Positions 12,970-25,863 of a DNA stretch of 64,000 nt are shown piece after piece. A program made the translations under genes and the position numbers. The stretch comes from Ascidiella aspersa (lineage: Eukaryota). Position 1 is the first letter of the stretch. Every line of letters starts with the position of its first letter. The stretch is taken from assembly GCA_963924565.1 (NCBI GenBank), contig OZ004615.1, forward strand, positions 16,492,001 through 16,556,000. Direction: 5' to 3'. The notes beneath the pieces are model-generated. The model was not told the DNA's origin. It searched no databases and worked only from the letters and a program-made list of their open reading frames with translations.

Positions 12970-13329
12970 CAGTGTTTCTTAACTTTTTTACTTGGGAGCG
13001 CACTTAGAGAAGTATGAAAACGTTGCGGCGCACCTTGCGAGCGGAGCGAACGGAAAATTTTTTAGGTGTACCGGTATTTCTCTTAAATTGCCTGCATTTT
13101 TGTTAAGGGACTTCAGCCTTTAAGATTAAAAACGTTATTTTGTCATTTAAGTCTTATTCCGATTAATTTTAAACTTATTTCGACATGTTTAGGTCTTATC
13201 TGGACTATTTTAGATCTTATTATGTCGTGGTTATTATTGCGAATTTGGTGATGTTATGTCGGTTATTTTTTTCCTTTTGCTCGCGGCGCACCTGGCAGCC
13301 TTCCATGGCGCACTGGTTGAGAAACGCTG
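12970..13329. mobile_element. hAT-type MITE
   Basis: TIRs CAGTGTTTCTTAAC...GTTGAGAAACGCTG with a perfect 8-bp TSD GTTTACAA (12962-12969, 13330-13337). Counterpart at 27169-27537. Confidence 0.9.
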
Positions 13330-13624
13330 GTTTACAACTTGGAAAAAAATATTTAGTGCAAGCGAGAAATTTCAAGAAAACTATTTTTTCCTAAACAGCA
13401 TTTAAAAACTTTTCGTATTTTGTACGAATCAGAAATGTTTCTAACCTTAAGAGCGGAACCATAACAAACGCAGAGTTGAACCATGAATGTGCTAATACGC
13501 ATCGCGGTTACGCCAAAACGCACGCGCAAAAATCTGGAAATACCTTAATGCATAGTAACTATAATATTAATTTGCCTACAGCTAACAATCAAATCAATGT
13601 AAATTAAGTGTGACGGTGCAATAG

Positions 13625-14785
13625 TGTATTCTCTGAAATAACTACCGGAAACGTCGCAGGCCTTGACACACTGAGCGTGGTATTCGGACTGGCAGGAAAA
13701 GGGGGCATTGCCGGTGCGTACGCGATCATGTACAACTACACATCAGAATTGTTTCCAACCGTCGTCAGGTAGGAACTGCGTAAACTTTAAGTTTAAACGT
13801 TCAAAACGTGTAGCTTGACTTGTTTTATGGTAGGCGCAGCTCTGCACAGCTAATTTTGAATAAAACTTCGTATGCGACTTAAAACATTTCCAAAACGACA
13901 TTTGGTATCAGAAACACCAATTTATTAAACTTTTTCGTATGCGTACTATATATTCATTGGAAAACTCAATAATTCTTTATTTGATTTTAAACCAATATTA
14001 CTTAACCGAATCAGAATATGTCTTTTGCTTTGGTATCTTTGAGGATATATCACCACCTCCTATGGAACATTAAAATACCAATTACATGGTCCCGCTGTAT
14101 GCAGGGCTGCGGAGTCGGTTAAAAATAGCCCGAGTCCGACTCCGGTCAAATGTACGATTTTGTCGAGTCCCGAGTCCGGACCTGACTCTACAGCTTGTAT
14201 TCCGCCAATTCACGTAACTGAAATAACGTGGATACTCAGCAACAATTTCTAAATGACGGCCATATCAGTTTTAAAATTTGGTATCAAGCACCCATGTCGG
14301 ACTCTGGACTCGGGTAGTTTTATGTGGTCTTACTCGAGTCCGGAGTCCGACTCCGAATCCGCAGCCCTGGCTGTATTCTACCGTATATGTCAATAGAAGC
14401 AACGCTGTGGCAATGGGTACTACTGCGGGAGCGATTGGTAGTATTATAACCCCGTTTATCATCGCGCTTCAATCCAACATCTTCTGGCTTCCCAACGTTA
14501 TCTTCGGCGTTGTTACCCTTTTCACCGCCGTCCTGGCCTTTCGCTTTCCTGAAACCAATCACATCGACATGTTGGAGAACTTAGCGGACGCTGAGCTTTT
14601 TTACGCAGGAAAATCACTGCAGACAAATGGGTAAGACATCGTGGCGTATTTTCCACTTTTGCAAGTGTTACATTCAACTACAGGAGTACGCGTTGTTTCG
14701 ATTTATTTTTAGCAATACGGAAGGAAAAGAAAACGAGGCATTCTGGGAAAGCAGCAAAGAAATTGCGACTGCGACCAAGCTGTAG
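13625..14785 (+). pseudogene. Orphan duplicate of the SLC22 last three exons (~13625-13768, 14397-14630, 14713-14785)
   Basis: LSVVFGLAGKGGIAGAYAIMYNYTSELFPTVVR carries the SLC22 ELFPT signature and splices in phase to SNAVAMG.... No upstream SLC22 exons between the junction and 13625. The 5' boundary of the first exon is approximate. Confidence 0.85.
14102..14369. mobile_element. hAT-type MITE (GAGTCC/CGGACT family) in SLC22 intron
   Basis: TIRs CAGGGCTGCGGA...TCCGCAGCCCTG; 8-bp TSD GCTGTAT(G/T). Its right half is also at 1-135, a relative at ~36892-37698 and a fragment at ~1545-1610. Confidence 0.9.
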
Positions 14786-16718
14786 TGAACACTATTTTTA
14801 TTTGTGTAACTTGTTAATTGTGTATTTTCTTATAACCTAACGCCAGCATCTTTAATTTAATTATTTGCTTCATAATAAGCAATACGTCTTCAATGCACAC
14901 AAATTTAACAGTTTCTTCCATATTGTACAGAATAAATATACAATAAAGGTATATTAAATATAAAAAATGTATTTGTAAAAAGTATGTTCTATACTGATAA
15001 AGTTATATATAGCCAAATGTTTTATTGTTTTGTTGTAAGCGTCATTCACACGTTTTATCTCATCACATATCAAGCACGCCACACATTTTGATAAGGTTTT
15101 TTGGGGCTACCCTGTTACCCTATTTTTTCCAAAGTATTACCCATATTGCAGGGGTGGCCAGCCAAGCCAGAGACCAAGAGCTACGTTTTTACTTGATTAA
15201 CCGCAACAAGTAACAAACGTTACGAATGTTAATAACAGGAATTAATAACACCCTGTTCATTATTCACTGACACACATGTCTTTTCTCGGCTAGATTTTAA
15301 TAATTATTGAGGTTGCACACTTACAATGTTATAAGTATACATAAGCGACTATATAGTTATTGACAATGGAACAAATAAATGTCATAATGCTGTCAAAGTT
15401 TCTAAAATGTATTGACTTGGCTGTATAAAAAGTAATAGGATCTAATCATGGATGGATCCCGTTATTTTGTTCGAGAAGCCTGGTAAAAAATAAGTATTGT
15501 ACACAAATCCGGAACGGAAATCAAACATATAAAGTATTTTAATACTTTTGCAATACACATTGGGCTCAAACCATAGCAAATATTTTTTACAAGGTGGCGC
15601 AGCACGGAATTGTGGATGACGCAAGGCAATACAATACCTATAGAATGGAATTGGATGCACTTTTTCATTGATTTTTTCCACCTTAAACCCACAATACATG
15701 ATTAGAAAATATTCGACCATTTGCTACTACACTTTTACAATTTACTGTTAGCTTCCTTATCAGTTTCGAATTGGTAATGCGCATGCGCACGTCGGACTTG
15801 GGACTCGTAGTCTTGAGTTTTATGTAGTCTTACTTAAGTCCCGAAATTTTATGAAATTTTAAGCTGAACAAGATAGGCTATCACTGTGTGGTAATAAAGC
15901 GAGATAAGTCAAGTCGTTTTTTACAACCAAGAATCTCTAGAATTTATATTTGTTATCTGTAGAAACTGTTTCTATTTTTGTTTTTCACGATCTTGTAATA
16001 GTAAACAAAGGTCTGAAAAATGTATTACGATGTCGAATCACATGTTGGTTTAGACCAGGGGTCGCACTGTATTATTTACAACAGAAAAGCGATAACTAAA
16101 ATTGGGCAGAAATGAGAAAACATACTAAAATTTTGAATTTTGATGATGTTTTCAATTAGGCTTGATTTCACTCTAAGGTGTGTGTGTCAAACGTAATTAA
16201 TTATTAGGTGCCAACGGAAAACCTGATAAGATAAGAAATAAAGCGTGAAAGGTTAGGTGCAAAAGTCGAGAAGCGATATGATTTACATGAGTGAGAAAGA
16301 AGGAGGAAAACGAAAACACGCGTATACCAAACGATAAAGCTGAGAAACAATAACGCACACACAAACGATAAAATCGGTGCAACATTATATAGCTATACAA
16401 AGTGTGACTCACCAAGAGACTGTGTGTTTTTCAAAAAAATGTATTAGGAATTGACCACTAACATTGGAAAAAATCTGATTGACATTCAGCCTAATTTAAT
16501 CCAAAAATGCATAATTATTTTCCAAAAAAGGGCTAAGAAGTAGCCTTCAAATGTGTAAACAACAGACGTTTCCCAAAAAATCCCCGCTTTTGCTGTTCAA
16601 AATTTTAGTCTAACGGCTTCTATTTAAACGCTTAAAGTAAATAATAGAAGTTGTAAGATCACAAATTTAACGAATATTAAACTGATGCAATTTTCTTATA
16701 CCAAACCATTTTGCAAAG

Positions 16719-19700
16719 TTAGCTGCGAATTTCCAGCTTAATGTCGCACAGTGTTGGCGCCACGACAGTAAAAAAGATCTCTTTGTCGAGTGGTGGCAAA
16801 TCCGCGTGGGCACAACGAACAGTAAACCTTTGGAGTAACTTCACAAAAAAGATGAAGATTTCAACCCGAGCCAAGCTCTCGCCAAGGCAAAACCGTGGAC
16901 CGATGGAAAACGGAATAATCTTGTTAGAGAAAATGAACTTTCCGGTGTCGTCTACGTGTCTGTTCGGATCAAACTTTTCCGGATCGGGCCAGGTCTCTGG
17001 ATCCATATGCACCCCGTACAAATTTGCAGTAACCTATGAAGTGGACAATACATATGGTAAAAAAATAATCTGCATTCATTTTGGCCTTTATGACTTAGAT
17101 TCTTAGAAGAAACCTCAACTACATGATGTAAACAAGTCGTTTTGAAATGACTTAAGTCCAAGTCAAGTCTTTTTGAATAAAAAAACAAGTCAAGTCCCAG
17201 TCCAAGTCATCGGTTGCCCAAGTCAAGTCCCAGTCAAGTTATAGTAAGATCAAGTCAACTTCAAGTCAAGTCTCAAATGTAAACCTTTAAACTAATAAAA
17301 CTGACTAACTCCTCCGATTATAAGCAATAGCATATAAGTAAAGAATAACATGAACGCAACATTTAGCAAGCAAATTGTTTTACGTGCAAATATTAGGATG
17401 AATAACCCAATTTTATAAATATTTAATGAAAACAATTTATAAATATTTAACCCAAGTCATTGGTCCAAATGACTGAAGTCATTAAGTCAAGTCATTAGCC
17501 CAAACGATTTAAGTCAATTAAAGTCATTTGAAAACAGTGACTTAAGTGCACTTAAGTCAAGCCATTAGCTTATGTCATTACAACACTTAATATAACCATG
17601 GTAATTGTTACTATACGCAACTCAGACTGACACCATGGAAACTCACAGTGGTGCCTTTCGGCAGTACAAAGCCTTTCAATGTGACTTGTTCCGAAGTGCG
17701 GTGGTGTAAGGCTAACGGGAGAAGAGTCTTTATTCTCATCACTTCTTGAATAAAGGCGCACGTAACCGGCATGTCACGTCTTTTCGACATCGTAGGAATA
17801 CCTGACATTCCTGGTAAAAAATATATGGCAATTTAATACATATATTTTGTGTAGCCTACTTTGCTTTAGTTAAAAAACATTACAAAAAAATAATTTTGAT
17901 TAAAGATTCAGGGAATCAGACAAGATTTTTTTGCGAGATATGTATACATTAGGTTTAGAGACAATCTACCTATTACATTTGAGTTCTAAAAAGTTTGGGT
18001 TTTGTGGATCCTTTCCGAGAACAAACTATTTTAGTATGTTATAATGAATCACGAGCGATGGACCGTTCCTTAAACGTTGTAGCCTACAGTAAAACCAATA
18101 TGGCCACTTTTATAGATAAATACAAGTAACAAAGTTGGCTTTATGTAACAGTTAAGATTAACGTTCGTGGTGATTGTAAATTCCTTATTATTTATTAATA
18201 AGTCGCCATTTTTCTGATTTCAACGGTAGCAAACTTAAAATTAACTGCTTTACCCAAAATTTGATCGATTTCTTTGTTGATCTGTTTCTGGTAATCCGGA
18301 TAATTCAAGTAGTAAACAAACAACCAAGTCAAGGTTGTGCTGGTTGTGTCTGACCCAGCCAATAAAAAATCTTGACAGAGCGTTATTAACTGTACATCCT
18401 ACAAACAAAATACTGTTTAAAGCTCTACATTTCACATAACGCTGTGCTTTCAAACTGTGCTTCGTGGCGCCCTGGTCGTGGTTTGAGGGCGTCGCACAAT
18501 ATTTCCTTTTCTTATCTCTACTTAAGAGATAAGAAATTTTGTACTCTGGCATATGTGTTTGAACAAATTCTTATGAAAAAAACGGCAGCAATCGCTTTTG
18601 ATTTTGTGAAACATACAGATAAATTGCCTTTTCTGTAAAATGTAAATGAAATTTAGTGAAATTGATATCGCTTGTGTTCTGTCGCAAGTCAAGCAAACGT
18701 CTCCAAAGGCCTCGATCAAAAGGTTTGAGAACACTGTGCACATCAAACATGGATGGCCGTTTTTACTTTAAGCAATGGAGTTGCGAAAACTATTGATTGT
18801 ATAATTATAAAGATTTACGAATATCCCAGATAGGTTTCTAATATATCAAAAGTGTAGGTGTGCTGCCTCACAGACTTATTGCCAATGAAAATCGTATGAA
18901 TTGATGTTGTTGTATAAAAGTTTTCAAACACAACAGGGTAAAATATAGCAATTTCTATTCAGTTGTAAAAAGCCAATACAATGCTTCATTGGTATTTCAC
19001 TGCTGCTTACTGAAAATCCTGACTGTTCGGTTGTTTTACTCTTTCGTTGCTCATACAAATATGCGTCGATAAAATCGTTCACATTGTCGGGATCAAACTG
19101 TTTCCGATGCTCTTCAACTCTATCTCTCAAAAAAATCTGTAATTTTGCAAAGTTGTTATCGTGATATTGGCAAGCATGCTTATTAGGCCTGATTGTTAGG
19201 GGGGAAACTTTTTCGCTTATAGTTATACTAAAAACACTATATAACCTTGTTTGAACACTTGGGGATTGACCTATCAAATATTTAGACTGCTTACCCCTTA
19301 GCGTAGATTTAGTGTCAAGATTGAACTTATATTGTTTGATATAAACAAAGGGTGGAATTTTCCGCCGTTTGTATTGTGATCCGCCGTTTAGGGCTTTAAA
19401 GGGGTTTGTTTAATAAACTGTAACATTTTTAGTCACATAGTACAATTTCGCATTATTGCTGCGCACTTGAATATGAAAGTAAATGGTACGGTTCCGGGTT
19501 AGAAGGAACGTGTTATTTTGTTCAGTATAGAGCGGAGAGGATCAACAATACTTTACAGAACTAATCTGATAACATAAAAATATGTCTTTTCGATCTTATA
19601 ACATAACAATTTGTTAATCAATTTTGTTTTAATAACTTAAAGTCAATGACTTGACTTAAGTGCACTTAAGTCACTGCTTTCAAATGACTTGACTTGACAT

Positions 19701-22700
19701 AAGTCTTTTAGACAAATTACTTGACTTAGGCTTAATTTATTGAGTTAAATGACTTGGGTTGAAATAAAAGGATTTTATTTACCATTTTAGTATAAAATTG
19801 AGTTTTGCACATAAAACGATTAGATTCCTACATGTTGTTTTTTTGGAATTTTTTAGTTGAATTATTATTGCTTATAATCGTACGAGTTTACCTATTATAA
19901 TGGTTTATCGCTTTATTATTGTTAGTGGTTTGACTCGGAGACGACTTGCTGTAATAATGACTTGACTGGGACTGGACTTGGGCAACTGATGACTTGGAGT
20001 GGGAATTGAATTGTTATTTTTGGATGACTTGACTTGGATTTAAGTTATTTCACAAATGACTCGACTGGAACTTAACTTTACAACACTGTTGTAGACATTA
20101 GCTGTCACATGTATTTACTCCTAAGTCGCAACGTCAGTTACTATATTTAAAAAAAATATATAAACTGAAGATTATTCGAAAGACTTTCCCTATTTTTTAC
20201 CATATAATTTTTGAAAATTAGCCTAACGTTCTGTTGGAATCTATACCTGTTATGTACAGGAGTCTTTTATCAAATATCCGAACAGCTTCTGCAAATGGTG
20301 GGATTCGTGCGAGAAAACTCAAACCAAATATCATCCTTAATCTTTTTGCGTATTTTCGATCAGAAAATCTGAAAAAACAAAGGAATATTGCTCGAACAAA
20401 AACACAATAAATTGAATGATGTCGACGTACAGCATTTCCACCGTATTGACTACATTGTTGAACTCCTTATCAGCATATTCGTACCGCCTTCCCAATGTGG
20501 TTTGCAAAATCACGTTCGACGTCAGCAAAAACAAGTATTTCTTTAAAAATAATCATTATTATATTTCTTTTTTATGTGTTTTATGATACGATGTATCCAT
20601 TAATGACGGATTTCAGCAGATACCCTATGTAAAGTGATAGTATTCGTACTGGTTGGACAAGTGGTTGTAAAATGAGGAGAACCTGGCTCCCTAAGGAAGG
20701 AACTTTTAACTTTGTGGAACAATTTGTTTACCAGAGAGGAATCGGAAAGAAAATTCCGTTTTTATATATGCAATAAAAATGCTTCTTTGTAGTGAATGCT
20801 GTTGTACAATGTAAAGACCATAATCATATATTGTTTCTTCACAGTAGTCTAACGGCAACAATTTATGTATAGTCTAGCGCAGTGCTCTTCAACCTACAAC
20901 TTATTAATACCTTCTCCTTCGCATTTCACACAAATAGAAAATGGTTTTGTCATGCACTATATCTATATTCTTACCTAAACAGGATAGTTGTATAATTTTA
21001 TGGTTTCAACTTCTGAATTCTATTTCGTTTAAACGTTCAATGTCTTCCGATCCTCTATACTCTAAAAAGCCTTTTCTTAACTTTTCTTGGTAGCCTACAT
21101 TTCTAGTTCGAATTAACTCCTAATTTGAAGCTAGCCTAATAGCCTATTGATTCTTTATCGTCTTGTGTCGGTAAGGTTATTCTTCGCTAATTGATACTTT
21201 TTTAGTTTATTGGCAGCATCCTTATCCCTTAGTTACTTAATTGTTACGAGATTTGCTGTTTAAATTTATCAACTTTTTTACGGTGACGTCATAGGATAGG
21301 TAACGTGACGCGAACATTATAAAAATGAATAACTAGGGCTTACACACCAATATTCTACAATTTTTGTTACAAAAACTTGGCTTTACACAGACAAAACCTA
21401 TATTTTGAATAAAAAATAATTTATGGCACTTACGAAATTCTATATAGCATAGGCTTAAAGTTCAATGAAAAAATGTTTTATATGCTACACATTTTGAAAT
21501 GCACAGCAGAACAATTCACACTTTTAACCAAAATATTTTACTTACTTTACTTGATTACCTTTAAATTTATAACGTCACCAGGTTTATGTGTGTTCTTCAA
21601 ATATTCCACCAATTTATCCCCTTCCTCGTTAATTTGCATTTCCAACTCTTTCTTTCCAAGGCCCTTCCTACCGAAATTTCAATTAAATTGAATGTATTGG
21701 AAATTAAATAGTTAACTAATGGCATTCATACTACAACACACAATACTGAAGGTATTGCATTACTTATATATACAGATTTTACATTCTTATAGTGTTTAAA
21801 ACCTTGACTCAAGTTAAGTCTTTTGACTTATGAGTTATGACTTTGACCATAAACTGACAAGTTTTCCATTTTTTATTTTTTATAGTTTAACGTTTATTAT
21901 TATGTGATTGAATTGACTTGAAGTTAACTCGATCCAATAAACGATTGAACTTGTTATTTTTGTTGCAAATGGTTTGACTTAAACTAAAGTTGTTTTGCAA
22001 ATAACTTGAATGGGAAGAAAGGCATTTTAAAACGACTTATTTGTCATATTATAAGATTAAGAAACTGTCAAATCCCTAACTATTCTGTTCAAACAGTTGT
22101 TCAATGACATATTTTATGTGTAAGAAGTAGGCCTACAGTATATTGTACAACGTTTAAACCCACAAATGAAGGTACTATAACATAATGATAATCACCCTTA
22201 CACACATCAATTTATATAAAAACCGAAAGCACAGGTTATTGAGATAAGTTACATGGTATTTTCACATAATGGCCTAACGCTTTACGCGACAATTAACAGC
22301 TTTATAATAACTTCCTAATTAAAAGTTACTTTGCATAAATCTATGAATACTTTGCATAAATCTATGATCACATACATTTTCTACAGTGCATAATATAACA
22401 ACTATAGATGTGCTTGTTTACATTAGCGCAAGTGATATAGCATTTTGTATTCCTTGAATAAACCGTGAAGTTGTGCAAACTTTATCCAACTAGTATATTA
22501 AGGGTTGAAATTGAATTAAATTTTGCAGGAGCCGGATGTGTCTAATACCACCCCGCACACGCCAACGAAATTACACACGATCGAAATGCCGAACGCGTCT
22601 GTAAATTATGGTCCTTTTAAACTGTTTTTCAATGATTTAACCTGCCTAAGGATAAAACGGATAGTGATCCATTTTACCACACAATTTGTTAGTCATATTG

Positions 22701-23723
22701 AATGATTATGCTTTTGGCAAGTTGTTAGTTTTTTTATCCACAATAATCGGTCCCTGTAAAATACAATTATTTAGTGATCTTTTGTTTTGTCATTTCGAAC
22801 AAATATCATTAATCAATTTAAATGCTTTCCTAACAGGGCTTGGAAGCCCTGTTAAAGAGCATTAGCTCCGGCTCCAGGTTTAAACCAGACCGATTTCTGT
22901 TGCTCACTTATGAGACTGAATTATCTCCGACAGCACTGACAAAATATTGCCAATTAAATAAGAGAAACTCTTGAGCGTATTTTACTGTTTCAAATAGCAT
23001 AATACTCACTCTCGTAGATATTTTAAAGCAAAATGCTTTTGAGTTTTGAAATCATCATCATATTTTTTGCAAATAAGACCACATTGATCTGCCAATCTGC
23101 AGAATAGGTACGTCCATGGACGGTCAGAAAACATGCTTCCTTGCTTTACGAAAGCCTAAACAATATTTAGTACAGTAAAATCCCAATATATAACTGAAAA
23201 GTGTTCACAAACATTTTTCGAACTGCACTTCGTGTTACGTTCTCTTATTAATGCCAGAAAAACGGGAATTATTGTTTTCCTAAGGCGCAAGGAAAACGAT
23301 TTGATGAACCTTATGGCAAAGTAACATTTTTATGGTAGCTTTAGTAAAACTTGAAAAAACTACCTTCATTTTTCATGTGAGAACAACTCTTAATGAATTT
23401 CGAATTATAGTGTTTGTCATAAAAATTACCTTGTTAATAACTTCAAACGTGTTTAAAACGACAACTTTTTTCATTCCCAAGCGCACTGACATGATAGGTC
23501 CATATTTTTCAAGACTCCACTTTTTCAAAACCTTTGCAGGAGATTTTGACAAGTATGGCAGCACCCCAACAACTGGAAAGCCGATTGGTCCAGGTGGGAA
23601 TTTAACCTCTGTCTGTGACCGCCAGTACATATACAGCAAACATGCAACAAAGCTAAGATAAACCCAACTATTTCGGTAAGAAACCAAGTCAACCAGGCCT
23701 TGTAAAATTGCGTGCGACTCCAT
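16719..23723 (-). pseudogene. Cytochrome P450, CYP2 clan, copy B (9 exons; +1 frameshift in exon 6 as assembled)
   Basis: Exons 23723-23430, 23155-23010, 21667-21559, 20540-20431, 20368-20247, 19136-19011, 18398-18254, 17810-17647 and 17033-16719. Exon 6 is 126 nt versus 125 in copy A (A7 at 19129-19135 versus A6 at 4905-4910), giving D-F-F-E-R-stop. Could be a homopolymer error. Confidence 0.75.
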
Positions 23724-24643
23724 TCTTTGGGCTTTAGGTAACTGGTACTGTCAGCAGAAAAGTGTTTCTGCTGTCAACTTTGTTGATTAAACTTCAACTT
23801 CTCTTTTTGCCAAACGTATGTCTAACGTGAAACGAGAAAACGCTGCAATTCAGACTTATCACATATCATGTTACGGGCGCTGTATGGTGTTTGTCGTACG
23901 TAACTATTTCCTGTACGTGATCAAGTGTAACGGCTGAGCTGAGCTGTTTTTGTGCAGTAGAGCCGAGCTGTTTTTGTGCAGTAGAGCCGTGCCGTGCACC
24001 CTTTTTTCACTTAGGGCACATCAAGGTAGCTAAAGCAATTCAGTTGCAAAGCTCCAAAACATATGTCATTCGACAATAAACTAAATGATTAAATGTCCAA
24101 GGCACTTAAGAACAATACCGTTTAATGCTTAAATGCTGCGAAGGTGCCAACAATTTGAAGTATTTGAAACATTGATCTTATGATTTTGCGGTTCTTCATG
24201 GAATATATTAGGCCCTTAAAAATCCTGACAGCACTAGTCTTCTGGTAGTTTAGCTTGACGAAAAAATTAAAATTTTAATACTTGACTTCCGACGATTTAA
24301 CGCAAGATCACACGAGATCCAACTACAGGATCGGAGGCCAAATGTGGACCGCAATTTTTTTTTAATCGGCCCATCTAATTTTTTAGGCCACTAAAGAAAC
24401 CAAGAATTATTTTCAAAAGGCTCGCTATCAAAGAACTGGACCACACTTTGCTGCATTTGTTTCTTTTTTACTTCGCCTATGGTGTAAGTGCCCCGCAAAC
24501 TCTGCCAACTTTTAACATGTAAACTAATTTTCTTTCACGCTTTGCTCAAATATTCTTTCATTTTATAGTATATTATGCATTATGGGGTAGACAACCTGTT
24601 GATCGCCGCATAATACCTGCTCGATCGCGTCGAAAATGTCTTA

Positions 24644-24843
24644 CGTCATTACAGTAGCTGTCGCACCGCGGTAGCTGTCGCACAGCGTCATTACAGTAGC
24701 TGTAGCACCGCGTCATTACAGTAGCTGTAGCACCGCGGTAGCTGTCGCACAGCGTCATTACAGTAGCTGAAGCACCGCGTCATTACAGTAGCTGTAGCAC
24801 CGCGGTAGCTGTCGTACAGCGTCATTACCGTGCTGTCGCACAG
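24644..24843. repeat. Compound minisatellite upstream of CYP copy B
   Basis: Same modules as 10422-10629, with point differences and small indels. Confidence 0.9.
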
Positions 24844-25863
24844 ATTGAAATGACCAATTGTTGTCTGGACAAGCCTAACAAGCATGCAAAACGTAACAAA
24901 TTAACCTTGATCGCAATCAAACATACTTTGCCTACACCAGCATTATGGCAAGCCAATATTTTCAGCATTGAGGAACTGTGTTATACTGTGTTATATTTTT
25001 ACCTTTTCTGTGTATCCACCCTCCACAGCCTAGATAAGCGCAATGTAAGCTTTTATCTGTTTGTTCGAACTATTAGGGTGAGATCACATAGCCTAGTGCA
25101 TAATTTTATGCGACCAATGAGTCAAGTACAAGGTTTTGCAAAATAGAAAAGAAAACAAATAGACGAATTCGTGCAACTTAGGTTTAGTTGCATAATTGCA
25201 CACCATGCAGTTTGTTCAAGGTAAATTCTGAAAATATTTTCCATGCCTCCCACCCCCTCAATAACGGCTCTAAAAAATGTCTTCCTAATCTATATTTATT
25301 TCAATATTATTTTTAAACCTTCAATTTTATACCTGCAGTAACTAAACCCTTACTATTTTGTTCAAGTTACTTTACGAGTTTACGTGAACTTAATTTTCCG
25401 TTGTTAGGTCGTAATTACACATTTTCGGGGTAGTGATGTGAATGAATACGGCTTAATCAGTGAGTTTATTTGTTTTTTCATTACATTGAAACAGTACTTA
25501 AAAATGTTAAAGTTTTGACAATTTGAGTATATGACTCTTAATTAACCATCTGCAACAGGGTTCTGCGATCATCAAGCTTGTCGAGTACTCTTTCGAAGCT
25601 TGCTTAAAAATAATTCTACGCACACCGTAAATCTATCACGTGTGATTAGTAAAGCACATAGTCTTTATATTGACGCTGTCTTATTACAAAATTTGAAAAA
25701 CTTCTTTGAAAATCAAACATACAAACAGACTTTCGTAGAGTGTTCCTTGTGTGAACGCAGAGCTTTTAAAATACTTTTCCATTAGGAATCTAAATTGTTA
25801 ACAAATAAGGTTGACGGTGCGATACAAGACAAATACTTGTTAAATCAAGACGAAAAAAATGCA

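Larger units (their letters stand above)
1..13363. repeat. Left copy of ~14.2-kb tandem segmental duplication (starts left of the window)
   Basis: Positions 1-13363 align almost base for base with 14235-27571 (initial offset 14234), with scattered SNPs and small indels. Homology stops after ATTTAGTGCAAGC at 13363/27571. Confidence 0.97.

Noticed and set aside
23724-25863. SULT-to-CYP polycistronic operon
   Set aside because: Same strand, but a 2.1-kb spacer with repeats and room for a separate promoter. Nothing in the sequence shows co-transcription.
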